64,000 nucleotides of DNA. Source: a virus (Duplodnaviria > Caudoviricetes). This document shows positions 18,326-27,786 of the stretch, piece after piece. A program made the position numbers and the translations under genes. Within the stretch, counting starts at the first letter, position 1; every line of letters begins with the position of its first letter. The notes under the pieces were generated by a model. That model was not told the origin of the DNA. It did no database searches and saw only the letters and a program-made list of their open reading frames with translations. Location of the stretch: positions 64 through 64,063 of IMG/VR virus record IMGVR_UViG_3300043598_000016; one strand, given 5' to 3'.

Positions 18326-19911
18326 CCCTGCTGCTGCCCGAGGACGAGGTGCTGGCCACCGGCCCGTATGTGCTGGCCGGGCCGGATGACTGGGACGGCA
18401 CCTGGTACCACCGCCAGCTGATGCACTCGGCGGTGGCCAACTTCATGGCCGAGGCGCGCCGGCCCGAGCGACTGCCGGGCCGGCAGTACCGCCGCGACCT
18501 GACCGAACACAACCCGCTGCTGTTCATGTTGATCTATCTGACCAAGCACCTGCGGACCCCTCGGCTGGACGGCGCGATCCACCTGTCACGGTTCCACTTG
18601 GACGCGCTGCACTACTGCCGGCGCTGGGCATTCCAGGGCTGGGGGATCGGCGGGTGCCGGGATGGCTGGATCGCGCCCCGCAAGTCAGGCAAGTCAACGA
18701 TCTTTCTGGTTGGCCTGCTGCTCTGGGCGCTGGCCCACGGGCACCGCCGCTTCGCGCTGGTGATCGCGCACACCGGCACCATGGTGGACAAACACATGCT
18801 CACCCTGCGCGATGAGATCCAGAACAACCCATGGCTGCGGGCCGATTTCCCCGAGCTCTGCACCCCGCTCAAGCGGCGCGGCCGGGCGGTGATGGACAAC
18901 GCGGAGGGCTACATGGCCGAGTCCGGCGCGATGTTCCTGGTGATGGGTTTCGGCCGGGCCGCCCTCGGCATCAAGGTGGGCACCGAGCTGCCGGATCTGA
19001 TCATGGTTGACGATGGTGAGGGGCACGAGGAGCGGTACAGCCTCTACCAGAAATCACAGCGGCTCAAGACGTTGCGCGCGGCCATCCTGCCGATGAACGA
19101 GTACGCGGTGCTGGCCATCATCGGCACCACCACCCGGCACGGCTCGATCATGCACGACGTGGCCCGGGCGGCCGCCTGGGTGCAGGCCGAGGGGATCCGG
19201 GCGCACCATTACCCGGCGATCGAGACGGACCCGGAGACCGGTGAGCGGCGCTCGGCGTGGGCGGCCCGCTGGCCGTTGAGCTGGCTGCTGGACAACGAAC
19301 TGGAAAGATCATTCGCGCTGAACTATCTGTGCGACCCGCTAGCCCCGGGGGAGGGTAGCTACTGGTCCGATGAGATGTTCGTGATGGCCCCGCCGAGCAT
19401 CGCCCGACTGGTCACCAGCCGGGCGCTGAGCATCGATCCCACGGACCTGGCCAACGGCGCGCACAACGACTTCACGGCGCTGGTGCAGGGGGCGTACTCG
19501 GCGCCGTACCGGAAAGCCATTCTCGAGGCGAGCATCAGCGTCAAGCCGACTGAGGATGAACTCAAGTGGCGGGTGCACTCGGCCATCCGCAACAGCCCGC
19601 CGGCCTGCCCGATCACCCGGGTGCTGATCGAGATGAATAAGGGCGGCCCGCTGGTCAAGCAGGTGTGCAGCCCGCTGCCCCGGGTCAACGGGGTGCGGGT
19701 GGAGTGGGTGGAAGTGTGGGCGACTGAGCACAAGCTGAGCCGGCTGGGCCGCGCGGCGGACCGGTTCGAGCGCGGCGAAGTGCTGTTCGGCGATACCCTC
19801 CCGTCGCTGCGCCGCCAACTCAAGGCCGTGCCCAACGGCGACCATGACGATGAGGCGGACGCGGTTTCGCAGTACCTGGACGATGTGCTGCCCGGTGAGT
19901 ACGTCGCCTAG
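18322..19911 (+). CDS. terminase large subunit-like ATPase/nuclease (second, portal-less copy)
   Basis: Walker A APRKSGKST, Walker B PDLIMVDDGE, coupling motif IIGT, RNase H-like nuclease SIDPT...DFTA...IEMNKGG...HDDEADA. Confidence 0.88.
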   Translation: MTLLLPEDEVLATGPYVLAGPDDWDGTWYHRQLMHSAVANFMAEARRPERLPGRQYRRDLTEHNPLLFMLIYLTKHLRTPRLDGAIHLSRFHLDALHYCRRWAFQGWGIGGCRDGWIAPRKSGKSTIFLVGLLLWALAHGHRRFALVIAHTGTMVDKHMLTLRDEIQNNPWLRADFPELCTPLKRRGRAVMDNAEGYMAESGAMFLVMGFGRAALGIKVGTELPDLIMVDDGEGHEERYSLYQKSQRLKTLRAAILPMNEYAVLAIIGTTTRHGSIMHDVARAAAWVQAEGIRAHHYPAIETDPETGERRSAWAARWPLSWLLDNELERSFALNYLCDPLAPGEGSYWSDEMFVMAPPSIARLVTSRALSIDPTDLANGAHNDFTALVQGAYSAPYRKAILEASISVKPTEDELKWRVHSAIRNSPPACPITRVLIEMNKGGPLVKQVCSPLPRVNGVRVEWVEVWATEHKLSRLGRAADRFERGEVLFGDTLPSLRRQLKAVPNGDHDDEADAVSQYLDDVLPGEYVA

Positions 19912-19961
19912 CTCCCCCTGGTCGGGACTGTCGGGGCCCTGACCTGCACTTATCTTAGTTG

Positions 19962-19990
19962 TTGTCATCTACTCAAACCTACGGTAGAGT
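19962..19990 (+). promoter_or_regulatory. sigma70/SigA-like promoter
   Basis: TTGTCA-17 bp-TAGAGT in an AT-rich intergenic region upstream of 20041. Confidence 0.7.
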
Positions 19991-20040
19991 GGGAACCGCA
20001 AGAGCTTTGCCCGCCCCGACCAGCCAGGAGCCCGCCCGAC

Positions 20041-21216
20041 ATGACCGCCCCCCGCACCACCGCCCAGTCCGCCGCCGATGAGGCTTACGCCGCTTTCGTT
20101 GCCGGTTGCACGTGCGGCCTGACCGACCACCAGCACACCACCGAGTGCGCCGCGCGCTGGGATGCCGCCGCCGAGGCTGCCGAACTGGCCAACACCGAGG
20201 CGCCGGCTGCCCCGTTCGAGATCGGCCAGCGGGTCCGCTTCACCGCCGAGATCGGCAGCCCCGAGCTGGTGCACGTCACCGGCGAGATCACCGAGGCTGG
20301 CCCCCGCGAGTCCGTGGTCCGCCTGGACACCCGGGTGCCCGGCTACGTCGCCGAGCTGCGTTCGTTCAACATCTACATTGAGCCCATCCCCGAGCTGACC
20401 GCTGTTGAGGCGGTCCGCCTGGTCACCCGCCGCGCGCAGCGGGCCGCGCTGGACCACGCCGAGCCCCTCGGCCCGGTGCCGTGTGCTCACGTGTTTATGC
20501 GCACCATGGGCGCGCTCAGCTGCCAGAAATGCCACGTTGGCGCCTCGGCCACACTCGGCGGAGCTTTCCGCACCTACGCCCAGCAGTGGGCCGAGGCGGA
20601 CCGCCGCACCGAGCTGGCCGCCACCGATCCCACGCTGTCCGCCTACGCCATGCGCCTGGTGCAGGCCGCCGAATACCGGGCCGAGCTGCGCGCCTACGGG
20701 GTGCCGGTGGCCCAGCTGGTTTACCCGTTCGCCATCGGCCCGGACCCGGAGTACCTCGGCCACCCGGACCGCGCCGAGTACCGCGCCGCCTGGGAGCAGG
20801 CCGGGCGACTGACCGGCGCCGCCGAGTACGCCGCCGCGCTGCGCGCCCTGGCCGACATCGTGGAGGCCACCCCCGAGGTGCACCGCTACAACGACTTTTT
20901 CGTCTGGTACGGGGAGAGCCGGGAGGATCTGGCCGCGCTGGCCCGGGCCGCGCTGGCCGCCGGCGCCACGGTGGCCAAGGACGTGGAGGCGGACAGCTAT
21001 AACCTTGAGCTGCGCCTGGGCCCGCTCAAGCTGATGGCGCTGGCCAACCGCTCGGCGGTGTGCGAGCGGGTGGTGCTCGGCACCGATGAGGTGACCGAGA
21101 TGGTGCCGGACCCGGAGTACGTGGCGCCCGAGCTGCCGGCGGCGCCCCTGGTCCAGGTCACCCGCACGGTGGACCGGGTGGAGTGGCGCTGCACCCCGCT
21201 GCTGGCCGAGAGCTAG
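20041..21216 (+). CDS. hypothetical early protein
   Basis: 391 aa, AGGAG RBS, strong GC3; C-terminal VCERVV.GT...VEWRC.PLL pattern familiar from actinophage hypotheticals. Confidence 0.75.
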   Translation: MTAPRTTAQSAADEAYAAFVAGCTCGLTDHQHTTECAARWDAAAEAAELANTEAPAAPFEIGQRVRFTAEIGSPELVHVTGEITEAGPRESVVRLDTRVPGYVAELRSFNIYIEPIPELTAVEAVRLVTRRAQRAALDHAEPLGPVPCAHVFMRTMGALSCQKCHVGASATLGGAFRTYAQQWAEADRRTELAATDPTLSAYAMRLVQAAEYRAELRAYGVPVAQLVYPFAIGPDPEYLGHPDRAEYRAAWEQAGRLTGAAEYAAALRALADIVEATPEVHRYNDFFVWYGESREDLAALARAALAAGATVAKDVEADSYNLELRLGPLKLMALANRSAVCERVVLGTDEVTEMVPDPEYVAPELPAAPLVQVTRTVDRVEWRCTPLLAES

Positions 21217-21356
21217 AGACCTCGGGGCCGGGCGGGTGATCCCCCCGTCCGGTCCCCTCCGATGAGCGCCGGGTGCCCTGCGGCTGGGGAGCGGGCACGG
21301 CACCCGGCGCTCCACCTACCCACTTAACGAGATCATCAAACGAGAGGGTTCACCCC

Positions 21357-21515
21357 ATGAGGAACGCATCCGCCCACCGGAACGGTCCCGGCGCCCACCG
21401 GGTGACCGGGTGGCCGGCCGTGGTGGCCTGGTGGCGCCGCTGGTGGCTGGCGACCACACCCCGGGACATCGAGCAGGCCGCCCGGGAGCGGCGGACCCGG
21501 CACCGCGCCAGCTGA
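21357..21515 (+). CDS. small hypothetical protein
   Basis: ATG 21357 with GAGGG RBS. Confidence 0.5.
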   Translation: MRNASAHRNGPGAHRVTGWPAVVAWWRRWWLATTPRDIEQAARERRTRHRAS

Positions 21516-21569
21516 CCGCACGTCCCTACTACCAGCCCCGACCAATCGCACACAGACAGGGAGCCCACC

Positions 21570-21740
21570 ATGGGCAAGCACCGTGACCAGACCACCCAGC
21601 AGGCCGTCCAAGAGCGCCGCCAGGGCATCGAGACTCTGGCCCGCCACGGGCTGATCAGCGACGACCAGCGGCGCTCTGAGCAGCGGCACCTGGACACCGT
21701 GGACCACCACCGGGTGATCGAGAGCCAGCGCAAACCCTGA
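21570..21740 (+). CDS. 56-aa hypothetical protein
   Basis: MGKHRDQ...; GGGAG RBS and GCCCCGACCA motif; not in ORF track. Confidence 0.6.
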   Translation: MGKHRDQTTQQAVQERRQGIETLARHGLISDDQRRSEQRHLDTVDHHRVIESQRKP

Positions 21741-21795
21741 ACCGCACCGCCCAGCCCCGACCAGACACAGCAGCACCGCGAGTGAGGAGAGCACC

Positions 21796-22095
21796 GTGGA
21801 CCTACCGGGCATCATCCGCCGGGTGATCGAGCGTGACCAGGCGGCGCACGCCGCGTTCGTGGCCCCGCCGCAGTACATCACCGATCGCAATGAGCAGCTC
21901 TGCGCCGAGGCGGATGAGCGGGAGGTGGAGCTGGCGCGGATCGCGGCGCACCGCCTGGCCGCCGCCAACGCGCGCCGGGAACGCAAGGAACGTGAGGAGT
22001 TGGCCGCGCGGCAGCGCGAGATTGACCGCCAGTCCCGCCAGCTGGCCGAGGCCATCGCGGACAGCGTGGTCCAGCAGATCCGCCGGCCGCGATGA
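21796..22095 (+). CDS. coiled-coil hypothetical protein
   Basis: GAGGAG RBS and motif upstream. Confidence 0.65.
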   Translation: MDLPGIIRRVIERDQAAHAAFVAPPQYITDRNEQLCAEADEREVELARIAAHRLAAANARRERKEREELAARQREIDRQSRQLAEAIADSVVQQIRRPR

Positions 22096-22328
22096 GGGGC
22101 CGGACGAAGACCTGGCTGGCCAGGATGCTCACGCATAGCGGCGACTACACCATTGGGGTGGCGCCGGTCACGTTCCGGATCAACGCCCTGCTGATCGAGC
22201 CGCGCGGGCAGGCTGGCCGGATGGTGTCGGTATACCTGGACACCCCGGCCGCCGCTCGCAAGCTGGCCGCCGAGCTGACCGCCTGGGCCGAGCTGCGGGA
22301 GGGGCTGACCCGCGATGACAAACACTGA
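22092..22328 (+). CDS. hypothetical protein
   Basis: ATGA overlap. Confidence 0.6.
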   Translation: MRGRTKTWLARMLTHSGDYTIGVAPVTFRINALLIEPRGQAGRMVSVYLDTPAAARKLAAELTAWAELREGLTRDDKH

Positions 22329-22428
22329 GGGCGTGCTGTTCGTCATCGGCTACGTGATCGTGCTGGCCATGGTCATCGCGGCCGCCCCGACCATTGCTCG
22401 CTGGTGGAGTAACCGGGGGCGGCGGTGA
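22315..22428 (+). CDS. 37-aa single-TM microprotein
   Basis: MTNTEGVLFVIGYVIVLAMVIAAAPTIARWWSNRGRR; overlaps both neighbours. Confidence 0.55.
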   Translation: MTNTEGVLFVIGYVIVLAMVIAAAPTIARWWSNRGRR

Positions 22429-23420
22429 ACCCGGTGTTCGGCTACGCCCGGCGCAAGTTCCTCGAGTACCTGGACCAGCCGAGCCTGGCCGAGGTGGATG
22501 ACGAATTGATGCAGCAGCAGTACCTAGCGGAGATGGAGCCTCACATGAGCAGCGGACAGACCGATCAGGCCGAGGTGCCCGAGCTGGGCATCACCTACCA
22601 GCAGGCCAAGGCGGCCGCCTGGCACGGCTGGCGGGTGGAGTACGTGGCGCCGCGCCCCGGCGGTGGGGATCCCGCGTACGCCGAGCGGGGCGTAATCGCC
22701 AACGTGCCCGGCAATGACACCGCCCCCCGCACGTCGGTATTCGTGCGGTTCGATGGTGACACCGGGGCCAAGAGCACCCCGCTGGACCGGCTGAGGCTCC
22801 TCGAGAGCTCGGGCGAGCCGAGCCCGGAGGTGATGGCGCGGCTGTCCGGCGGTGAGCCCCTGGTGATGGCGGCCGAGGTGCCCGAGCTCGATAGTGAGCC
22901 GGATGAGTGGCTGCTCTCGCTGGTGACCAACGTGCTGAGGGAGTTCCGTGGGCGATCGGTGGCGGCGGCCGCCAAGGCGGTGCTGGACGCGCTGGCCCGA
23001 GCGGATGGGCCGGCGGTGACCCGGGCGCTGTACGGGCCGCCAGTGACCGAGCCAGCGGCCTATGAGGGTCTGACCCCGCCGGCCTATCACCAGGTGGATC
23101 CGTTCGGCCCGCCGCCTTGGGGGCAGCAGCCCGAATACCCGCCGGTGGCCGAGCAGGCCGCGTTGGTGCCCGAGCCGGTTGAGTACCGCCGGGGGGACCG
23201 GGTCATCTACCAGGGCACCCCGACCAACCCGCCGCTGTTCGCCATCGTCAAGGGGCGTGCCTCGGGCAATCAGATCCCGCCCGGCCTGGCCGAGTACGAC
23301 ATCCGGATCCCGTACCAGGGCACCGGCATGCGCGCGGCGGCGGACCAGCTGCGGCCGTACCCACTCGGCGCGGCGGCCCCGGAGAACACCGGTGAGGGTG
23401 AGACCGGTGGCGCGCCGTGA
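22425..23420 (+). CDS. hypothetical protein (two SH3/KOW-like beta modules)
   Basis: GWRVEY...ERGVI...VFVRFDG and YRRGDRVIY...YDIR...QLRP segments. Confidence 0.65.
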   Translation: MNPVFGYARRKFLEYLDQPSLAEVDDELMQQQYLAEMEPHMSSGQTDQAEVPELGITYQQAKAAAWHGWRVEYVAPRPGGGDPAYAERGVIANVPGNDTAPRTSVFVRFDGDTGAKSTPLDRLRLLESSGEPSPEVMARLSGGEPLVMAAEVPELDSEPDEWLLSLVTNVLREFRGRSVAAAAKAVLDALARADGPAVTRALYGPPVTEPAAYEGLTPPAYHQVDPFGPPPWGQQPEYPPVAEQAALVPEPVEYRRGDRVIYQGTPTNPPLFAIVKGRASGNQIPPGLAEYDIRIPYQGTGMRAAADQLRPYPLGAAAPENTGEGETGGAP

Positions 23421-23734
23421 GGTCGCTGGGCGGCTGGTCGTTCGGAGATCCGCCGCTGCTCACCCTGGCGGACGTGGCGCATACCCGGGTGGTGCGCGAG
23501 GCTGCGCACTATTCCATGGCTGCGGCCGCCGAGCTCGAGCAGCCGCCGGCCCGGTCCGAGCTGGCCATCTGCCCGTGCCGGCGGATCCTGCTGGACTCCG
23601 AGCACCTCGGCGCCCCCGAGCACGAGCATGACTGGCTGGATGACGGGGAGTTCTGCTGCCTGGACGTGGCCAGCTACAAACGGCAGCTCTGCTGGTGCCG
23701 GGCTCGGCGCTGGGTGGTGCGCGATGAGCACTAG
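23417..23734 (+). CDS. Cys-rich hypothetical protein
   Basis: GTGA overlap. Confidence 0.55.
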   Translation: MRSLGGWSFGDPPLLTLADVAHTRVVREAAHYSMAAAAELEQPPARSELAICPCRRILLDSEHLGAPEHEHDWLDDGEFCCLDVASYKRQLCWCRARRWVVRDEH

Positions 23735-23816
23735 CCTGATCTGCGGCCTGACATTTGTGCTGTTCCTGGTGCTGTTCTGGGCGGCCTGCTCGGCGGCCCA
23801 CCGGGGTGACCGGTGA
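23724..23816 (+). CDS. 30-aa TM microprotein
   Basis: MSTSLICGLTFVLFLVLFWAACSAAHRGDR. Confidence 0.5.
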   Translation: MSTSLICGLTFVLFLVLFWAACSAAHRGDR

Positions 23817-24049
23817 GCGGCCGGCCGGACGGATGGAAGCGCACCAGCGGCCAGCGCGCCGGGGTGCCCTACTGGGAGGCCAAGTACCCGGGCGAGTGTG
23901 TGGTCTGCCCGGACCCGATCGAGGTGGGCCAAGAGATCATGCGCGCCGATGCCGGCGGGTACGTCCATGTGATCTGCCCGCATCCGCCGGCGGTGTCCGA
24001 GCGGCCGGGGAAGTTCGACGGCACCAGCTCGGACGAGATGGGCTACTGA
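23813..24049 (+). CDS. small Zn-binding protein
   Basis: AKYPGECVVC..IEVG...HVIC. Confidence 0.65.
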   Translation: MSGRPDGWKRTSGQRAGVPYWEAKYPGECVVCPDPIEVGQEIMRADAGGYVHVICPHPPAVSERPGKFDGTSSDEMGY

Positions 24050-24051
24050 TC

Positions 24052-24210
24052 ATGGGTAAGCACAGCGAGGGAAACGAGCGGCTGGATAGGGCCCAGGAAC
24101 AACTCGACAACTACCGGGGCAAGGATCCGGCGGAGTTCGATCGGCTCAATGACGCGGTGATCGAGGCGGAGAAAGGCGCGTCAACGGCGCACCGGCACGG
24201 TTGGTGGTAG
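24052..24210 (+). CDS. 52-aa hypothetical protein
   Basis: MGKHSEG...; followed by a hairpin. Confidence 0.6.
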   Translation: MGKHSEGNERLDRAQEQLDNYRGKDPAEFDRLNDAVIEAEKGASTAHRHGWW

Positions 24211-24223
24211 ACCGCGCGTAGCT

Positions 24224-24255
24224 GGGCGGCCCGGTTGTAGGTGGCCGGGCCGCCC
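24224..24255 (+). terminator. stem-loop, putative terminator
   Basis: GGGCGGCCCGG / CCGGGCCGCCC 11-bp stem, 13 nt after the stop codon. Confidence 0.6.
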
Positions 24256-24412
24256 CCCGTCATATGTGCTCATAGATCCCCGGACCCTCACCAGCCCACG
24301 GAAATTTGGGTCACAGTTGTGTTACGATTCCTCAGGTTCTCATCAAAACACTGAAACCAACGGTAATTTTTGAGGTGCACCACCCCCGACCACACGAACG
24401 GAGCCTCACCCC

Positions 24413-24970
24413 GTGAACGACACCACCGCCCGCCCCGCCCCGGTCCAGGCCGATGACTACTTCCCCGCCACCGGTATCAAGGCCAGCCGCGATCACGGCG
24501 TGCTGCGCTCGGTCATCCTGGAAGCCAAGGCGATGATCAATGCGGATATCGCCAGCGGCCAGGTACCGGAAACCGTGGGCTCGTTCACCGAGCTGCACGA
24601 CTACGTGGACGCCAACGAATACGCCCAGGATGACGCGCTGGACCCCGATGGCGGCTACGCCGAGTGGAACTACATCAGCGATGTGCTGGACCGCTGGCTG
24701 CGCGTGGGGCGCCCGGACGATGCCGCGCAATTCGCGCTCAACCGGATGGCCGCCCAGGGCTGGGAGCCGCTCGGCCTGGACGGCTATGTCTGGGTCACGC
24801 TGCCCGCCGAGCCGGGCGACCCCGGGCCCAAGCAGCTCGGCGGCGTGATGCTGGAAGGGGTCAAGGTGGCCCGGGCCAGCACCCCCCGCAAAGACTCGAT
24901 CGCCTGGCGGCGCTACTCCATGCCGCTGAACCTGGTGGCCGCGTTCTGGACCGCCTGGACCTCGGCATGA
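24413..24970 (+). CDS. hypothetical early protein
   Basis: GGAG RBS and motif upstream; acidic SFTELHDYVDANEY segment. Confidence 0.7.
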   Translation: MNDTTARPAPVQADDYFPATGIKASRDHGVLRSVILEAKAMINADIASGQVPETVGSFTELHDYVDANEYAQDDALDPDGGYAEWNYISDVLDRWLRVGRPDDAAQFALNRMAAQGWEPLGLDGYVWVTLPAEPGDPGPKQLGGVMLEGVKVARASTPRKDSIAWRRYSMPLNLVAAFWTAWTSA

Positions 24971-25386
24971 GCGCCCATGGTCAGACCGTGCTGTTTGCCG
25001 TGGTGGCGCTGCACGCCGAGGGCTACCCGCTGGCCGAGATCGAGGCGGCTTTCCAGGCGCCCGAGCTGGCCGAGGTGGACTACAACGCCACGATCACCGA
25101 TGCCGAGCTGGCCGAGGTGCGCCGCCGGCTGATCGGCTTGAGCCCCACCGGGTGGCAGCCGGTCACCAACCGGTGGGAAAGCCGCCGAGGCGATGGCTCC
25201 CTACTCGTGGTCAAGCCAGCCAGCCGCTCCGCGCGCACCGAGCGGGGCACCCCCTACAGCTGGGTGTTCGCCTGGTACGGGCCCGCCGGCGGTGTGCTCC
25301 ACGGCTACAGCCGCACCGAGTTCTACAACTCAGCTGAGCGGGCAATGGACGCGGCCGAGGCGCACTTTCGCCGGGCGCTGTCATGA
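24967..25386 (+). CDS. hypothetical protein
   Basis: ATGA overlaps on both sides. Confidence 0.65.
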   Translation: MSAHGQTVLFAVVALHAEGYPLAEIEAAFQAPELAEVDYNATITDAELAEVRRRLIGLSPTGWQPVTNRWESRRGDGSLLVVKPASRSARTERGTPYSWVFAWYGPAGGVLHGYSRTEFYNSAERAMDAAEAHFRRALS

Positions 25387-26141
25387 GCCGCCGGCCGCGT
25401 TGCCTGGATCTGTGCGCCGGCGCCGGCGGCTCGGCCACCGGGTACGCCCGGGCCGGGTTCGAGGTGACCTGTGTCGATGTCAAGCGCTGGCGGTGCTTCC
25501 CGCATGACCGGTTCGAGCTCATCCAGGCGGACCTGGTGGAGCTCGGCGTGGCCGGCATCGTGGAGCTGGCCGAGCGGACCGGCGCGGACCTGATCACCGC
25601 CAGCCCGCCGTGCAAGACGCACACCGATATGGCGCACTTCGCCAGCTCGGGCCACGTGGACCTGGTGCCGCTGGTGCGGGAAGCCCTGGCCGCCACCGGG
25701 CTGCCCTCGATCATCGAAAATGTGCCCGGCTGCCCGCTGGTCAACCCGGTGCAGCTCTGCGGCAGCAATGCCCGGTTTGACCTCGGGGTGCAGCGTGAGC
25801 GGCTGTTTGAGGCCGGCGGCGGGATCACCCTGGTGGGCGCCGAGTGCGACCACCAGCGCCAAGCTGAGCGCGCGCCGCTGCTGCCCGGCTACACAGAGCG
25901 CGGCTGGCCGATCCGCCGTTACCACCGGCTCAACGGGGACCAGCCCTACCGCATCGTGATGAGCCCGGTGATCGGCGTGTACGGCGGCGGCCAAGGCCTC
26001 GGCCCGGGTGAGACCAAGTTGTGGGCCCGCGCGATGGGCATCGACTGGATGAGCCGCCGCGCGATGGCCGAGGCCATCCCACCCGCGTACACCGAGTACC
26101 TGGGCCGCCAGGTGCTCGAGCAGATCGGAGCCTCGCAATGA
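25383..26141 (+). CDS. C5 DNA cytosine methyltransferase
   Basis: Motif I LDLCAGAGG, motif IV ASPPC, motif VI IIENV, motif VIII RERLF, C-terminal EAIPPAY. Confidence 0.88.
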   Translation: MSRRPRCLDLCAGAGGSATGYARAGFEVTCVDVKRWRCFPHDRFELIQADLVELGVAGIVELAERTGADLITASPPCKTHTDMAHFASSGHVDLVPLVREALAATGLPSIIENVPGCPLVNPVQLCGSNARFDLGVQRERLFEAGGGITLVGAECDHQRQAERAPLLPGYTERGWPIRRYHRLNGDQPYRIVMSPVIGVYGGGQGLGPGETKLWARAMGIDWMSRRAMAEAIPPAYTEYLGRQVLEQIGASQ

Positions 26142-26464
26142 GCCCCAAACTGCCCACCGTGATGCGCGCCGCCGAGGTGCGCCCGAATGAGCGCGACTAT
26201 GACCGGCCGCTGGCGCACGTCGATGCCCTCGGCCAGGTGTTCGTTGAGCTGCCGTGCGGGGTCATCGTGCGGGTGTCTGAAGAGTACGGCGAGTCCTACG
26301 TGACTACGCAATTCCGCCTCGCGCCCGACTCGTCCGCCGAGCTGCTCACCCGCAACGAGGCGGCCACCGAGCTGGCGAACCTGCTCGAAAACGTCGCGAT
26401 GTCCAAGACAGCACGGGCCACCGTGGACCAGGTGATCAACAAATACGGAAAGAGGAGGATGTGA
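26138..26464 (+). CDS. hypothetical protein
   Basis: ATGA overlap, GGAG RBS. Confidence 0.6.
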   Translation: MSPKLPTVMRAAEVRPNERDYDRPLAHVDALGQVFVELPCGVIVRVSEEYGESYVTTQFRLAPDSSAELLTRNEAATELANLLENVAMSKTARATVDQVINKYGKRRM

Positions 26465-27096
26465 TGACCGACCACCGCCGCCGGCGCGCGCCCCGCCCGG
26501 CCCCCCGGCCGGCGCCCAAGCCCGAGCACACCATCCAGGCCGGTCTCTACGCGGACCACAAGATCACCCCCGAGTGGCTCGGTGAGCTGCTGGACGGCCG
26601 GGTCTCACTGCCACCCGGGGAGTACACGGTGCAGGCCACCACCGGCAGCACCCGGGGCCCCGAGGTGCACACCTCCCGGCGCGCGGACCCGTGGCCCGAG
26701 ATCCGGGAGCCGGCCGCCGAGATCGGCACCAACCTGCACGAGTACACCGAGCAGGCTTTCCAGCCGCGCCGCCCGCCCACCGCCGCCGAGGTGGCCGCCG
26801 AGGTCCATGGGCGCCTCACCCATCGCCCGGACACCGCCGCGCCGCCGTGCGAGGCGGACCCGGATGAGCCGGTGCGCCCCGCCGGCCCGGTGCCGAATCA
26901 TCCAGTGGTGGATCTGCTGGCTAGCATCGCGGCCCAGCTCGAGCGGATCCGCGAGCAGGGCCTGGCCACCGAGGCGCCGCAGACCCTGGGCGAGGTGGAG
27001 GCGTACCGGGCCGGGCTCAACCGGGCTATCGCGCTGGTGGCCGGCTCGGCGCTGCTGGCCGGCGGCATCGGCGCACCGAGGCGGCGGACGCGATGA
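26461..27096 (+). CDS. hypothetical protein
   Basis: GAGGAGG RBS, overlap with upstream gene. Confidence 0.6.
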   Translation: MMTDHRRRRAPRPAPRPAPKPEHTIQAGLYADHKITPEWLGELLDGRVSLPPGEYTVQATTGSTRGPEVHTSRRADPWPEIREPAAEIGTNLHEYTEQAFQPRRPPTAAEVAAEVHGRLTHRPDTAAPPCEADPDEPVRPAGPVPNHPVVDLLASIAAQLERIREQGLATEAPQTLGEVEAYRAGLNRAIALVAGSALLAGGIGAPRRRTR

Positions 27097-27392
27097 GCGG
27101 CAGCCAGGTGCCCGAGCCGGTGGCCGAGGTGGCGGACGGACTGCCCGAGCACGAGTGTGCGTTTTGCAACTGGGATAAGGGACTGCCCGGGGACTACCAC
27201 ACCACCGATATCCGGGATGCGGCCCGGGACTTTTTCGACACTCGACAGGTCCAGGTGTGCTCGTTCTGCTACGCCAGCCTGGCCGCCTCGAGCTTCCTTT
27301 CCGGTGGCGCGCCGCGCTGCGCTGACCCGCGTGACCTGGCCACGTTCGCCAACATCCTGCTGGCCGAGATTCGGAAGGTGGCCCAGCGATGA
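27093..27392 (+). CDS. Zn-binding hypothetical protein
   Basis: CAFC...CSFC. Confidence 0.6.
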   Translation: MSGSQVPEPVAEVADGLPEHECAFCNWDKGLPGDYHTTDIRDAARDFFDTRQVQVCSFCYASLAASSFLSGGAPRCADPRDLATFANILLAEIRKVAQR

Positions 27393-27535
27393 GCCTCACC
27401 GATCCGATCCTGCTGGGCTTTTTCCTAGGGCTGGTGATCGGGCTGCTCCTCGGGATCCGCCTCGAGCGCCTGGGCAGCGCCGGCCGGGCCGGTAAGTCAG
27501 CGGCTCGGCGAGTGTGGCGCCGGGGCCGGCGGTGA
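27389..27535 (+). CDS. 48-aa single-TM protein
   Basis: MSLTDPILLGFFLGLVIGLLLGIR...; overlaps both neighbours. Confidence 0.55.
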   Translation: MSLTDPILLGFFLGLVIGLLLGIRLERLGSAGRAGKSAARRVWRRGRR

Positions 27536-27786
27536 AGCGCCCCGAGGGCTTCCACGGCTTGACGTTGTGGGCCGGGCTGATCCGCGCGGACGGCGCCGAG
27601 GTGGACCTGGGTGAGGCGCCGGCCGCCTCGGATCAGCTGTACGGGATGGCCAACGTGGCGGTCATCGCCGGGCTGCTCCGCAAGCTGGCCGCGCCGGCGG
27701 CCGAGGGTGACCAACTGATCGTGCGGATCTACGGCGCGGCCAGTGTCTGGGCGGACCCAATCGTGCGGGGCGAGGTGGCCCCGTGA
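27532..27786 (+). CDS. hypothetical protein
   Basis: GTGA overlap. Confidence 0.55.
   Translation: MKRPEGFHGLTLWAGLIRADGAEVDLGEAPAASDQLYGMANVAVIAGLLRKLAAPAAEGDQLIVRIYGAASVWADPIVRGEVAP

Noticed and set aside
24413-24970. Acidic early protein as an Ocr-like DNA mimic
   Set aside because: Only a short stretch is acidic, and I cannot support family membership without a structure search.
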